This document shows, one piece after another, positions 37,274 through 48,055 of a DNA stretch of 60,849 nucleotides (positions are counted from its first letter, which is position 1; each line of letters starts with the position of its first letter). The position numbers and the translations under genes are program-made. The stretch is from a virus (Duplodnaviria; Caudoviricetes): positions 1 through 60,849 of the IMG/VR virus record IMGVR_UViG_3300007734_000735. The stretch is one strand, 5' to 3'. The notes under the pieces are model-generated. The model was given only the letters and a program-made list of their open reading frames with translations. It did no database searches and was not told where the DNA came from.

Positions 37274-40200
37274 TGGCTGAAGTTCCGCAGATGGAGATGC
37301 GGGCGCGAGTTAGCGCCGATACCGCACAATTTACCCGAGGGATGCAACAAGCATCTCAGGCTGTTGAAGGTTTCTCTAAAACAACAGGTCGTTTGAACTC
37401 AGCCATGATTGGCTTGGGTGTTGTTGCAGGTGGCGCTGGCGCTGCAATGATTGCTTTTGGTATCAAATCATTTAACGCCGCCTCTCGCGTAGATGAGTTG
37501 AATTACGCTATTGATGCGATTGGTAAATCTACAGGACTTGGTGGACAGGCACTTGCAGATGAAGCCTTAGAAGTTAAAAACATGGGTATCGAGATGGAGA
37601 TTGCCCAAAAATCAGTATTAAAGTTTGCACAGAATAACCTTGAATTAGGTAAAGCATCTGACATCGCTCGTATTGCTCAGGACTTAGCAATTATCAGCGG
37701 AGAGAACTCAACAGATACATTTAACAAATTGACTCACGCCGTTATTACAGGACGAAGCGAAGTTCTCAAGTCTGTTGGTATTCAAGAAAACGCTGGTCAA
37801 ATGTATGCAAGATTTGCAAAAAGCATCGGCAAGACAACAAAACAATTAAGTTATCAGGAAAGACAACAGGCTGTCCTTCAGGGCGTTATGGCAGAAGGCG
37901 TTAAAGTCTTTGGTACTTACGAAGCGGCGATGAAATCTCCAGGTAAGACTTTGCGCTCGTTTGCTCGTTTGCACAATGAGTTGCAAGTAGCCATGGGTAA
38001 TGTGTTACTCAAAGCCTTTGGACCAATAATTTTAGCAACTTACGACTTTGAAAAAGCCGTCACTAAGGCAGTTGAGAAAAACGAAGCGCTTCAAGCGGTT
38101 CTTGGTGCCTTGCAAGCCGTCTTTACAAAATTGACTCAACCTCTCACAGATTTTGTAAAAAAGATTACAGATGCCGTTAAAAGCATGGACATTATGTATA
38201 AGAGCGCTGATGATGCGAGAAACGGTTTGAAGAGAGTTATACCCGATACGAAGGCTCTTGCTGAAAAATTTGAAATGTTATTACCTCCAATTGCTGCTGC
38301 CACCGCTGGACTTGCAACTTTTGCTGGAAGAGGTTTACTACAGAATCTTCCTATTCTTGGCAATGTACTTTCTAAATTAAGAGTATTCCCAGTCATGATG
38401 GTTGTTTTAGCGCTTACCTCAACTCAAGTTCGTAAAGCATTGGTAAATCTATTTACAGCCTTCAAGCCATTAGTCCCAGTTATTGTTGAAATTGGCAAAG
38501 TAATGGGAACGGCGAGCGCTATTGGAGTTGCTATCCTTGCAAAAGCCATCAATATCTTGGCAGCCATTGTCCGTGGAGTGATTGGATTTGTTCAAACAAA
38601 TATAAATTTATTCAAGACTTTAGGGGGTGTGGTTGCCTTTGTTGCACTCACCTATGGTGGTTATCGCCTTGCTATTTTGCTTGCTATGGGCGCTCAAATT
38701 GCCTACAACGGTGTCATGATTGTTGCACAAACAATTACCAAGGGGCTTCGAATTGCAGTTGCAATGTTAAATGCCACTATGTTGCTAAACCCAATACCTT
38801 TAATTATTGGTCTTGTCATTGCTTTAATTTCAGCCTTTGGCTATCTCATGGCAACAAATGAGGACTTTAGGCAAGTTGTCAAAAAAGTCTTTAATTTTGT
38901 CCTAAAAGTAATTATTTATGCTTTTGCAAGTATTGTTAGTGCAATTGGTATGTGGATTCAAGGTATTGCCTTCCTGATTAGAGTCTTTGGTTTCTTTGTT
39001 GAGGCAGTCGTGAAGGTTTTTGAATTTGTACTTGACATAATTCTTACTGTTATTTCTTCAGTCCTCAAAGGCTTCAGATTCCTCATCGATGGTTTTGTAT
39101 CACTTATGGAGAGCCAAGGCATTTTCTACGATGTGGTCAAATTTGTCTTTAATGCCGTAATCAAAATTATTACTCTTGTTATTAGCGGAATCATCAACAT
39201 TTTTGCTCGTTTAGTTGGAGGAGTTGCTGACTTACTCGGAGTATTTAACTTCCTCTTCAAAGGCGTAAGGTCAATTTTCTTATCAATCTTAGATGCTATT
39301 TCAGGAGTCGGCAATGGTATTTTCAAAATACTTGAAAATGTAGCCTCGGGAATTGGTAAGTTTTTAGGACAGGTATTTGACGCTGTTACTGGGTGGGTTC
39401 GCAATTTATTAAGTATATTCTCTAAGATTCCTGGGATTGGACCATTAGTAGCAAATGCCCTAAATGCTGGACTTGATGCTACAAAAAAGGCAATTACAGG
39501 AATTGCAAGTTTAGGCGTAGACCTTGGAAAATCTGTTTTCAACGGCGTCGTCAATGGAGTCAAAGCAACTGTCAATGGAATCTCTAATATCGGAACCAGC
39601 ACAGAAAATACTTTAAGAAAAGTTGAAACGACATTATCTAAATTTTCTGCAAAAGTGGTTGAGTTTGGTAAAGAAGATAACGGCGCAAAAATGATTTCCT
39701 TGTTAGTCAAAGGCGCGAAGGGTGCTTCAAGCGGACTCACAACCGTTATCGATGCTATTCAAAAGGTTATAGACGCACCTTTGTCTAATACTGTTGGTGA
39801 ATTTATTGATGGCATTGCCGAGAAGGTTGATAAAGCGGGAGAGATGGTCATGGGTCTTGCAGCGACCATGATGGAGTTTGCAGACAAAACAGATTTTGCT
39901 GGCATTGTTGGCGACAAAATTGGTGGGTTTATAGACAAGATTAAAGAAAGCCTGAAAGAAGGTCTTGGTTTTGGAGACATTCTCAAAGAAGAACAAAAAA
40001 AGTATTCAGAAGCGGTAACAAAAGATGACGGAACTGCGGCTGCCCAAGATGCCGAGACAATGGCAAACCGCTTAAAGACTATCCGTGAAGCCATGCAAGC
40101 GGGTATTGAATCCATCAAGGGTGTTCTTGATGATTTACAACAAGCGGCTAAGGATTTTGCAGATAGCCTCAAGGACACAATCGTAGGTTTTGCAGGTCTT

Positions 40201-40716
40201 AAAGGCGTTGAGTTACCTGATGGATTTATACCAAAGGCTAAGTCCCTTATTGATAATATGTCAAAAAGACTTGACAAGAGCAAAGAGTTCGCTGGACAGA
40301 TTTACAAACTTCAGAACATGGGATTAGACGCCGATGCCCTGAAAGCAATTATCGAAGAAGGACCAATCAAAGGAGCGCAACTCGCGGCTTCTATTCTTGG
40401 TGGTGGTCAGTCAGCAATTGATGAGATTAGCCGTTTACAAAAAGAAATCCAGTTCACAGGCGCAGTAATTGGTGAGTACGGCGCAAGGGTCGGATTTGGT
40501 GAAAAGATTGCTATAGCCTCGAATCAATTACGCGACTTACAAAATGCAAGCCTAAATACCTCATCAACTGGTAATCAAACATTTATCGAGCAAGGTGCCT
40601 TCCAAGTGTATGTAGATACCGCTGGTGCAACCAATGAAGAAGAAAGAGCAAGCATTATCACTAAGCGCATTGAAGAAACCTTTGCGACCTTAGCCCGACA
40701 GTTAGCGAGTAAATAG
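37273..40716 (+). CDS. Tape measure protein
   Basis: 1147 aa helical, amphipathic repeats, position. Confidence 0.9.
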   Translation: MAEVPQMEMRARVSADTAQFTRGMQQASQAVEGFSKTTGRLNSAMIGLGVVAGGAGAAMIAFGIKSFNAASRVDELNYAIDAIGKSTGLGGQALADEALEVKNMGIEMEIAQKSVLKFAQNNLELGKASDIARIAQDLAIISGENSTDTFNKLTHAVITGRSEVLKSVGIQENAGQMYARFAKSIGKTTKQLSYQERQQAVLQGVMAEGVKVFGTYEAAMKSPGKTLRSFARLHNELQVAMGNVLLKAFGPIILATYDFEKAVTKAVEKNEALQAVLGALQAVFTKLTQPLTDFVKKITDAVKSMDIMYKSADDARNGLKRVIPDTKALAEKFEMLLPPIAAATAGLATFAGRGLLQNLPILGNVLSKLRVFPVMMVVLALTSTQVRKALVNLFTAFKPLVPVIVEIGKVMGTASAIGVAILAKAINILAAIVRGVIGFVQTNINLFKTLGGVVAFVALTYGGYRLAILLAMGAQIAYNGVMIVAQTITKGLRIAVAMLNATMLLNPIPLIIGLVIALISAFGYLMATNEDFRQVVKKVFNFVLKVIIYAFASIVSAIGMWIQGIAFLIRVFGFFVEAVVKVFEFVLDIILTVISSVLKGFRFLIDGFVSLMESQGIFYDVVKFVFNAVIKIITLVISGIINIFARLVGGVADLLGVFNFLFKGVRSIFLSILDAISGVGNGIFKILENVASGIGKFLGQVFDAVTGWVRNLLSIFSKIPGIGPLVANALNAGLDATKKAITGIASLGVDLGKSVFNGVVNGVKATVNGISNIGTSTENTLRKVETTLSKFSAKVVEFGKEDNGAKMISLLVKGAKGASSGLTTVIDAIQKVIDAPLSNTVGEFIDGIAEKVDKAGEMVMGLAATMMEFADKTDFAGIVGDKIGGFIDKIKESLKEGLGFGDILKEEQKKYSEAVTKDDGTAAAQDAETMANRLKTIREAMQAGIESIKGVLDDLQQAAKDFADSLKDTIVGFAGLKGVELPDGFIPKAKSLIDNMSKRLDKSKEFAGQIYKLQNMGLDADALKAIIEEGPIKGAQLAASILGGGQSAIDEISRLQKEIQFTGAVIGEYGARVGFGEKIAIASNQLRDLQNASLNTSSTGNQTFIEQGAFQVYVDTAGATNEEERASIITKRIEETFATLARQLASK

Positions 40717-42287
40717 TGGCTACTACAGTATTAAGACCTAACGCAAACTGGAACAACGATTCTCTTTTTACTATCTCAGGAGGCTCAGGGTCAGTTCACG
40801 CAGCCTTGGCGGACAATAGCGATTCAACTTTCATTACACGTACAAGTAATACAGTTCCAGCATCTTATGAGGGCGAGTTTGGTACAACAACACTTGCGGC
40901 AACAGAGAAAGTTACTTCTGTAAATCTACGCGCAAGAATTGCAGTTGGAACAGCGGGTAATGCTCAGTTTAGCCTTGGCGTGATTACAGACCGTAACGGC
41001 AGAACTGTTTATTATTCAGTTCCAATAACCAAACAAAATACTTTGGCTCTCTCCACGGTTGATTTTGCATTGAATCTGACAAGCGCTCCGAACGGCGCGG
41101 CGTGGACTCAGACCCTCATCGATAACTTAGTATTTAAGTTCACAGATAACGCAACAGCGTCGGGTGATAAAACTAGCGTTTATGAAGTTTATGCCGATGT
41201 TGTTACTACGACTCAACCTACAGTAACAGTCACCGCTCCTTCAGGCTCAATTACAACAACTTCCTTTCCGTCGGTGGTGTGGACATACGCCGATACAGAA
41301 GGTGACGCGCAATCTGCTTACGAGATTAAGATTTTTGATGCAACTACTTATGGCGCAACAGGATTTGACCCCAACACATCAACACCCTCAGTTGAAACTG
41401 GCATTGTTGCCTCCAGTAATAATGGACAAACTCTTGAGGCTGACCTAGCCAACAGCACCTCATATCGTGCTTATGTACGAGTTGCTCAATTAGCAAATGG
41501 TATAAATTATTTTAGTGAATGGGCATTTTCGTCATTTAGTTTAGCCCTAAATGCTCCAGCCAATCCAACGGTATCGGCATTTTTTGTAGCCGAAACTGGC
41601 TCTGTTGCGATAACTCTTTTTGGTCGTACAAATGTTCTAAGTGCTAATCAAGCATCGTTAGAAACAAATGGTGACGGGTGGGTTGCTTTAACAAATTGCT
41701 CAGTTGCTCGTTCAACATCTCAAGCATCTGATGGTTCTGCTTCACTAGCCGTAACTGCAACGGCAACAGGAGACGCTGTTGCAACTACAACTACTGCAAC
41801 CGCTTTCGCCGTAACGCCATCCACAGAGTTTTCCGCTACCGCTGAGTTCAGAGCCAATACAACGGTTCGCTCCACAGCAGTTGGTATTGTGTGGAGAAAC
41901 TCAGCAGGAACCACACTTTCGACATCCTTTGGAACTGCCGAGACCGACTCAGCGAGCGCATGGAATCAATGCACGGTTACAGCAACGGCACCTGCTACGG
42001 CCGCAACTGCTTTAGTTGCAGTCAAAGTTATCTCTGCTGGCTCTAGCGAGGTTCATTATGTAGACAAAATTGCTTTTCACGCTGGCGATGAACCCTTTTG
42101 GACTCGAGGAGGATTTAGTGCATTTTCTTTTGATGTCGAGCGCTCAGATGATTCAGGTACAAGTTATACAGCAATTCGTAACAGCCCCGTGAGCGCGAAC
42201 AATTCTCAAATTGCAACACTAACTGACTTTGAAGTTCCTTTAGATACAACGGTTACTTATCGTGCGAAAGCGAGGGCTGAAATCTAA
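40716..42287 (+). CDS. Minor tail protein (carbohydrate-binding-like domain)
   Basis: Ser/Thr-rich; NQASLET..W..galactose-binding-like segment. Confidence 0.7.
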   Translation: MATTVLRPNANWNNDSLFTISGGSGSVHAALADNSDSTFITRTSNTVPASYEGEFGTTTLAATEKVTSVNLRARIAVGTAGNAQFSLGVITDRNGRTVYYSVPITKQNTLALSTVDFALNLTSAPNGAAWTQTLIDNLVFKFTDNATASGDKTSVYEVYADVVTTTQPTVTVTAPSGSITTTSFPSVVWTYADTEGDAQSAYEIKIFDATTYGATGFDPNTSTPSVETGIVASSNNGQTLEADLANSTSYRAYVRVAQLANGINYFSEWAFSSFSLALNAPANPTVSAFFVAETGSVAITLFGRTNVLSANQASLETNGDGWVALTNCSVARSTSQASDGSASLAVTATATGDAVATTTTATAFAVTPSTEFSATAEFRANTTVRSTAVGIVWRNSAGTTLSTSFGTAETDSASAWNQCTVTATAPATAATALVAVKVISAGSSEVHYVDKIAFHAGDEPFWTRGGFSAFSFDVERSDDSGTSYTAIRNSPVSANNSQIATLTDFEVPLDTTVTYRAKARAEI

Positions 42288-42712
42288 TGGCTGTTTTATC
42301 ATCAGGCTATACAACTACAGAACCAATTCAAATTGTTAATCCCGCTGAATGGTCATTTACTGCTGTTGAAAGTCCAACTATTCGAGTTACTCAACTAAGG
42401 GTTCAACAACCACTTAATTCTTCAATTGTTGAGTCTTACGGAGTTTTCAAACCTCTAGGTGCATCCAAAACTATTGTTGTGGCTACAAGCATTTATGGAA
42501 TTGATGGCTCTTATGAGTTCACTACGCAAGGTGAGACAGAATGGGATGATTTGTACCCAGTTCTCACCTATCAAGGAATCCTCCATGTCCATGACCCACT
42601 CGGACGCCAAAAATATGTTCGCTTCGTAGATAGAACTTGGACAGAAGTGGGAGACATTGACAATTTGATTCGTAACGCAAAGGTTAATTACTATGAGGTT
42701 GAGGCTCCTTGA
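42287..42712 (+). CDS. Distal tail-like protein
   Basis: Position; DPLGRQKYV. Confidence 0.6.
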   Translation: MAVLSSGYTTTEPIQIVNPAEWSFTAVESPTIRVTQLRVQQPLNSSIVESYGVFKPLGASKTIVVATSIYGIDGSYEFTTQGETEWDDLYPVLTYQGILHVHDPLGRQKYVRFVDRTWTEVGDIDNLIRNAKVNYYEVEAP

Positions 42713-43830
42713 TGTATCCCGTATCTGACGCTTTTTTATCGTCAGTTCGTAAGTCTCATATTAGTCATGTCAAGATTGAGATTTATGACATGGCTAACAA
42801 TGAAATTATTAGCACCGCTCAACCAATTTCAGGCGAAGTCACAATTGACTCACGCCGAGACATCAGGCGTCAATGTTTAATTGAGTTCGTAGACAGAGAT
42901 GGCTCTTTGGTACCAACCAATAATCGCTCCTCCGTCCTTTTGCCGTACAACCGCGAAATCAGAATTTATCGAGGTGTTCAGTTTGCAGATGGCACCGAAG
43001 AGTTAGTGCCTCTCGGAGTTTTTATTTTAACAAGCGTCGAAATAACGGATACTCCCGAGGGGGTAAAAATTACTGTGCAAGGCTCAGACAGAAGCCTACG
43101 CGTAATACGAGCAAAATTTACAAGCCACGACTTTTATATTGAGGATGCAACCGCCAAAGAAACGGCGATAGCAAACATTCTCAAAGATAGATACCCAACA
43201 GTCCAAGTAATGTTTCCTGCTACGAATCAAGTCACAGACATTATTTATCCAACTATTGACCAGTCATCAAACCCTTGGAAAGAATGTCTCAAAATTGCTG
43301 AGTCGGCTGGTATGGATTTGTACTTTGATGAGACGGGTGTAGCCCGTATGCGCCCAATTCCTGACCCCGACAGCGGACTTCCATTAGTTACCTATGAGGA
43401 CAACACCGAATCTGTTTTGACTTCTTTGAGTCGCTCACTTTCCAGCGATGAATCTTTCAATCATGTAATTTACACAGGAGAGGGAACAAATCTTTCAATC
43501 GGCGTTATTGGTGAGGCTAAGGATGAGAACCCCGCATCTCCGACTTATGTTGAAACCTACGGCTCAGTTCCAATTTTCAAGTCATCGCCCTTTATCTTGA
43601 CAGTTGCCGAGGCAGAGGAAGCAGCAATTGCTGAACTCCGAAAAGTAATTGGAGCGCTTGAAAAAATTTCATGGGACCAAGTGGTCAATCCTGCTCACGA
43701 TGTTTATGACTTGGTAAAGATAACTCGTACTCCATCGGGAGTTGATGCCACATTGATGCTTGACTCAATTACAATACCATTGGCTCCACAGAACACAATG
43801 AACGCAATCGGTAGAAGCAGGAGATTCTGA
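42712..43830 (+). CDS. Baseplate hub / Tal-like minor tail protein
   Basis: MYPVS..F, VPLGVF, DLYFDETG. Confidence 0.7.
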   Translation: MYPVSDAFLSSVRKSHISHVKIEIYDMANNEIISTAQPISGEVTIDSRRDIRRQCLIEFVDRDGSLVPTNNRSSVLLPYNREIRIYRGVQFADGTEELVPLGVFILTSVEITDTPEGVKITVQGSDRSLRVIRAKFTSHDFYIEDATAKETAIANILKDRYPTVQVMFPATNQVTDIIYPTIDQSSNPWKECLKIAESAGMDLYFDETGVARMRPIPDPDSGLPLVTYEDNTESVLTSLSRSLSSDESFNHVIYTGEGTNLSIGVIGEAKDENPASPTYVETYGSVPIFKSSPFILTVAEAEEAAIAELRKVIGALEKISWDQVVNPAHDVYDLVKITRTPSGVDATLMLDSITIPLAPQNTMNAIGRSRRF

Positions 43831-44075
43831 TGGACTTAAATTATCTCGTCAATCAAATAAAAGGCGAAACCAACATACCGACTCTTAGGCTCCGTCAGGC
43901 TTATGTAGTTGCCTACCATAACAGCCCCAAAAGAGTTGATATTCAAATAGCAGGAGATACAAATACTCTGCCTTCAGTAAAGTACATACATAGTTATGCG
44001 CCACAAGTGGGGGATACCGTTTTTATCCTCACAAATGGGTCTGATATTTTGTGTCTTGGAGATATAGCAACCTAG
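43830..44075 (+). CDS. Minor tail (spike-like) protein
   Basis: SYAPQVGDTV..LG. Confidence 0.6.
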   Translation: MDLNYLVNQIKGETNIPTLRLRQAYVVAYHNSPKRVDIQIAGDTNTLPSVKYIHSYAPQVGDTVFILTNGSDILCLGDIAT

Positions 44076-44123
44076 GTTCATAAACCATAGGTTAGAATTT
44101 ACTTACCTTAGATTAGGAGAAAA

Positions 44124-44405
44124 ATGGACAAGAAATTACAGGCAATGCTTGCCTCATACGGACGCTCATTTTTAGCGGCTGTCACTACAGCATTTATGAT
44201 TACAGGTGGCGACCTACTCGCACTTGATGGAGATTCACTCAAGGCAATTTTGGCGGCTGGACTTGCAGCGGTTCTTCCCGTTGCAATCAGAGCGGCTAAC
44301 CCTAAAGACCCTGCATTTGGCAAGATTGCAGATGGAGTTACTGAAACAGTTGTAAGCAAACTTACAAAAAAGGCGCCAGCAAAAAAGGCAACGGATAAAA
44401 AATAA
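44124..44405 (+). CDS. Holin
   Basis: SYGRSFL, two TM segments, NPKDPAFG; precedes endolysin. Confidence 0.75.
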   Translation: MDKKLQAMLASYGRSFLAAVTTAFMITGGDLLALDGDSLKAILAAGLAAVLPVAIRAANPKDPAFGKIADGVTETVVSKLTKKAPAKKATDKK

Positions 44406-44929
44406 TGTCAGTTGAAACAGTCTTAGCAGCAGCAAAAGCCGAGGTAGATGCGGGTTATCGCGAAGGCGTTAACAACGACACTAAGTTTGGCAAGTGGTTT
44501 GGTATGAACAATCAACCATGGTGCGCTATGTATGTTTCTTGGTGTTTCAAAGAGGCTGGACTATCAGACATCATCGCTGCTCAATCTAAAAAAGGTTTTG
44601 CTTCATGCGATGTCGGACTCAAGTGGTTTGCTAAAAAAGGTCAGGTAGTCCCTGTTGGTCAAGCAAAGGCTGGAGACATTGCGTTCTTTCAGTTCGATGA
44701 TGACGCACAAGCAGACCATGTTGGAATTGTTTTGAAGAACGACGGCAAAGGAACTCTTTGGGTTTACGAAGGCAATACCAGCGGGGATACAAAAGGAAGT
44801 CAATCAAATGGTGATGGCGCTTTCCTTAAAAAGCGAGCCTATAAACTCATTATGGGAATTGCACGACCAGCATATCCAGCAGTTGTAGTCGCCTCAAAGA
44901 CTGCTGACGAAGCGCGAAAGAAAGCATAA
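44405..44929 (+). CDS. CHAP-domain endolysin
   Basis: PWCAMYVSW, GDI.F, DHVGIV, EGNT. Confidence 0.88.
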   Translation: MSVETVLAAAKAEVDAGYREGVNNDTKFGKWFGMNNQPWCAMYVSWCFKEAGLSDIIAAQSKKGFASCDVGLKWFAKKGQVVPVGQAKAGDIAFFQFDDDAQADHVGIVLKNDGKGTLWVYEGNTSGDTKGSQSNGDGAFLKKRAYKLIMGIARPAYPAVVVASKTADEARKKA

Positions 44930-44931
44930 AC

Positions 44932-45216
44932 ATGGCTACCGAGGAAATTCAACCAACATTAGGAGAAGTAATGAGACGGCTCGACGACCTCACAATGGAA
45001 GTCAAGCAGATGAATCTTAATGTTGGTCAGACTTATCTTCGGAAAGATGTATATGATGCAGATACCGAGAAATTTGCTCAGGCGATGGAACACATAACTG
45101 ACCGACTTGAAAAGATGGAATCACGCTCAGAGTGGGTCATCCGCACAGTCGGCGGTTTATTCATCATGTCAGTTGTCGGTGCTTCCATGTATGTTGGACA
45201 AATAATCGGCATCTGA
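44932..45216 (+). CDS. Coiled-coil protein with C-terminal TM (lysis cassette)
   Basis: TLGEVMRRL; C-terminal hydrophobic helix. Confidence 0.65.
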   Translation: MATEEIQPTLGEVMRRLDDLTMEVKQMNLNVGQTYLRKDVYDADTEKFAQAMEHITDRLEKMESRSEWVIRTVGGLFIMSVVGASMYVGQIIGI

Positions 45217-45219
45217 GAT

Positions 45220-45249
45220 TTGACATAACCAACAGGGGTTGTGTACCCT
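45220..45249 (+). promoter_or_regulatory. Sigma-70-like promoter with inverted box in the spacer
   Basis: TTGACA-18 nt-TACCCT containing CAGGGGTT. Confidence 0.6.
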
Positions 45250-45271
45250 CTCGGATGAGAGGAGAACAACC

Positions 45272-45820
45272 ATGTCAAATGTACAACCCGAAATCGACGA
45301 GTTCGACAATCCCGCTCTATCTTCAATATCAGCGGAAAATGAGGGCTTCAAGGTTGATGACGACCAAAAGGCTGATTGGGCATTACGCAAATTAGCAGTC
45401 ATTCGCCGTAAGCAAGCCGAGAACAAAAATATCTATGACGCAGAGGTTATCCGTATCGCGGAATGGCTCTCAGCGGTCAATACAGCCCTTGACAAAGATG
45501 CCTTGTACTTTGAGGCAGTCCTTACCCCATACGCTCTCACAGAGCGCTCCAACGGGCGCAAATCGCTAGTTCTGCCCCACGGCACAGTCAAAACTACGGC
45601 TGGTCGTCCAAAGATTGAAATTGAGAACGAAGTTGAGTTCTTAGCATGGGCGGAAAAAAGTGAGCCTGAGTTGATTCGCATTAAAAAAGAAATTGACAAA
45701 AAGGTTCTAAATACTTTACTTACCGATTCAGGTGATGTAATATCAACCCAAGGCGAAATTGTTCCATCGGTTCGAGTTATTCCAGCCGAGACCTCAGTTT
45801 CGTTCGTCATAGCAGATTGA
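45272..45820 (+). CDS. Mu Gam-like host-nuclease inhibitor
   Basis: ADWALRKL..coiled coil..KSLVLPHG..IKKEIDK. Confidence 0.75.
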   Translation: MSNVQPEIDEFDNPALSSISAENEGFKVDDDQKADWALRKLAVIRRKQAENKNIYDAEVIRIAEWLSAVNTALDKDALYFEAVLTPYALTERSNGRKSLVLPHGTVKTTAGRPKIEIENEVEFLAWAEKSEPELIRIKKEIDKKVLNTLLTDSGDVISTQGEIVPSVRVIPAETSVSFVIAD

Positions 45821-45831
45821 GAGAGGAACTC

Positions 45832-46512
45832 ATGACAGACACAACAGCACTTCCAATTGCTCAAGCAATGAGCGCAATTATGAAAGATGTTGGAGCCATT
45901 GCAAAGAAGGACAAGAACACTTCACAGGGATTTAATTTCCGTGGGATTGATTCAGTCGTTAATGCAGTATCTCCAGCACTTCAAAAGTACGGCGTAATCG
46001 TTGTTCCTTCAGTTGAAGATTACGAATACACCACAGTTGAAATCGGACGCAACCGAACAGCCATGGGTCATGTGAAAGTAAAAGTCACATACACATTTAT
46101 CGGTGCTAATTCTGATGCAATCAAAGCCACGGTAGTAGGTGAGGCAATGGATTCAGGAGACAAGGCAACTGCGAAGGCAATGTCTGTGGCTTTTCGAACT
46201 GCTTTACTTCAAGCGCTCTCACTCCCAACGGATGAGCCTGACCCTGACGCAACGAGTTATGAGCGTTCAAGTGCCAAAGATGTCTTAGCGCCAAGTGCAA
46301 TCTTGACAAAGATTACACAAGCAACATCTATCGATGCGCTCGCTGAAATTGGTCAGTACATCACCACTCACAAAGATGGATACAACGCGGAATTACTCGA
46401 GCAATTTCGTTTGAAGTTTAAGGAACAACAGGCGAACTTAATCGTACCTAAATTGGAAGAGGACACCAATGAGACAACAACAGAGGAGCCAATCGTTACT
46501 GTTAATGCCTGA
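45832..46512 (+). CDS. erf: ERF family single-strand annealing protein
   Basis: FNFRGIDSV, GEAMDSGDKATAKAMSVAFR, DPD. Confidence 0.85.
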   Translation: MTDTTALPIAQAMSAIMKDVGAIAKKDKNTSQGFNFRGIDSVVNAVSPALQKYGVIVVPSVEDYEYTTVEIGRNRTAMGHVKVKVTYTFIGANSDAIKATVVGEAMDSGDKATAKAMSVAFRTALLQALSLPTDEPDPDATSYERSSAKDVLAPSAILTKITQATSIDALAEIGQYITTHKDGYNAELLEQFRLKFKEQQANLIVPKLEEDTNETTTEEPIVTVNA

Positions 46513-46864
46513 GTTGCCTTACGACCAAACTTCAGGACATAGCGGTACAGATACTTCGAAGGCAAGAGCATTACGCGCCGATAGGTCAGGTCAGACTGCA
46601 CGAAATCAAAAGGCGGCACTTGACCTTCTTGCTCAACGATTAGCGTTAGGCATGACATGGAAAGAGTTCAGCGAGGTTACTGGACTTCACCATGGAAGCG
46701 CTTCGGGTGTATTGTCCGTTCTTCATAAGACGGAGCGGATTGCACGGCTCAAAGAGACGCGTAATCGATGCAAGGTCTATGTATCGTTGGACTGGATTCA
46801 AAACCGAGAAACAGAAAAGCAGGGCGTCAAAAAAAGTTGCCCTCATTGCGGAGGTCATTTGTGA
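46505..46864 (+). CDS. HTH DNA-binding protein
   Basis: GTDTS..RA, GMTWKE...LHHGSASGVLS.L; C-terminal CPHC. Confidence 0.6.
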   Translation: MPELPYDQTSGHSGTDTSKARALRADRSGQTARNQKAALDLLAQRLALGMTWKEFSEVTGLHHGSASGVLSVLHKTERIARLKETRNRCKVYVSLDWIQNRETEKQGVKKSCPHCGGHL

Positions 46865-47577
46865 GCATCAGATGGATTACAAAAGTTTGGTCTGATTCGC
46901 CATACGACGGGACTCGACTTTTGATTCATCTTGCGCTGGCAGACATCTCTCATGATGATGGGCGTTTTTTTGCATCTCAAAAAATGCTTGCAAGTAAGGG
47001 ACGCTGTTCTGTTGAATATGTTCGCAAAGTCATCAATCAGATGGTTGAAGAGGGACATATCAAGATAATCAGCAAGGGTAACTCTCGAGGTAAGGCTACG
47101 ACTTATCAATTATTGTGGAAGAAACTACCCAACTCTGTTGGGGAGGCGCTACCTATTGAAGATGACGAACTCCCCAACTCAGATACCCTCGACTCCCCAA
47201 CTTTGGAGGTCTCACTCCCCAACTCCACTCCGCAGCATCCGTCCTATACACCCGTCCTATCTACAACAAAGAGCGACGAAACTGCTATCGCAGTTATCGC
47301 GCTCGCTGAAGTAGTTGCTAGACGATGGTGGGAAAAGCAAAGAGTCAAACCTTTAGGCAAAGGGGCGTGGCACTCCCTCCTTCAGATAACTAAGGCAGCC
47401 GAAGCCCGAGGTTATAGCGAGCAACAGATTGAGTTGGCACTTGATTACATCGGGACAGTTCCCACAATGCGTCAAATGGATTTAGTTCTCAGAGGTGTAG
47501 GAATTAAGACCAAACATGAAACTGGAGCAATTAGGGCAATTGAGTTATCAGAAAAGTTACGGCATGAAACTTCCTGA
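46861..47577 (+). CDS. Replication initiator (N-terminal winged HTH)
   Basis: GTGA start; LALAD..DDG..F.SQ..LA...S...V; internal iterons. Confidence 0.75.
   Translation: MSIRWITKVWSDSPYDGTRLLIHLALADISHDDGRFFASQKMLASKGRCSVEYVRKVINQMVEEGHIKIISKGNSRGKATTYQLLWKKLPNSVGEALPIEDDELPNSDTLDSPTLEVSLPNSTPQHPSYTPVLSTTKSDETAIAVIALAEVVARRWWEKQRVKPLGKGAWHSLLQITKAAEARGYSEQQIELALDYIGTVPTMRQMDLVLRGVGIKTKHETGAIRAIELSEKLRHETS
47124..47225. repeat. Iteron-like repeats, putative replication origin
   Basis: ACT(A/C)CCCAACT at 47124, 47169, 47192, 47214, plus inverted GTTGGGGAG at 47137. Confidence 0.7.
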
Positions 47578-47956
47578 CATCGCGCTTCTTCTTGGTTATA
47601 TTGGCATCTATGACCTTCGAGTTCAGGTTGATGAATTAAAGGTTCGTGCATGGGCTGAATCATTAGATTTTGACTTGCCACTTGAGGAGGCTAAGAAAAT
47701 TGTTTCTTGGCACTACGCTAACTCTGACCAAGCAATCAATCCCAGTCACCTAAATCGTCAATGGCGAGTTCGTGTTACCTCGGAAAAAGAGCGCCTTAGA
47801 GGTGAAGCGATAACCCGTGAGTTCGAAGAGGCAAAACAAAGGGCTTTGTCGTATGAGCAAGCCCAAAAGTATTTAGAAGAGATTCGTAAAAACTTTAATA
47901 AGGGGAACGATGCTTTACTGGAAATTGATAATGGGAAGTTGGCATCTGACTTATGA
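47564..47956 (+). CDS. Putative helicase loader/inhibitor
   Basis: D.R......AW..L.....A...V..HY; follows initiator. Confidence 0.55.
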   Translation: MKLPDIALLLGYIGIYDLRVQVDELKVRAWAESLDFDLPLEEAKKIVSWHYANSDQAINPSHLNRQWRVRVTSEKERLRGEAITREFEEAKQRALSYEQAQKYLEEIRKNFNKGNDALLEIDNGKLASDL

Positions 47957-48055
47957 GGATATTGCGATTTGTAGATTGGTGGTACAGGTGGCGACGCAAA
48001 CGAGCGCAAAGGTTTGCCCTGCTTGCATGGACGCCATCGCGGACTCGAGACTTCA

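Noticed and set aside
38136-40283. Long minus-strand ORFs within the tape measure gene
   Set aside because: Antisense, no RBS or motif; expected from codon bias
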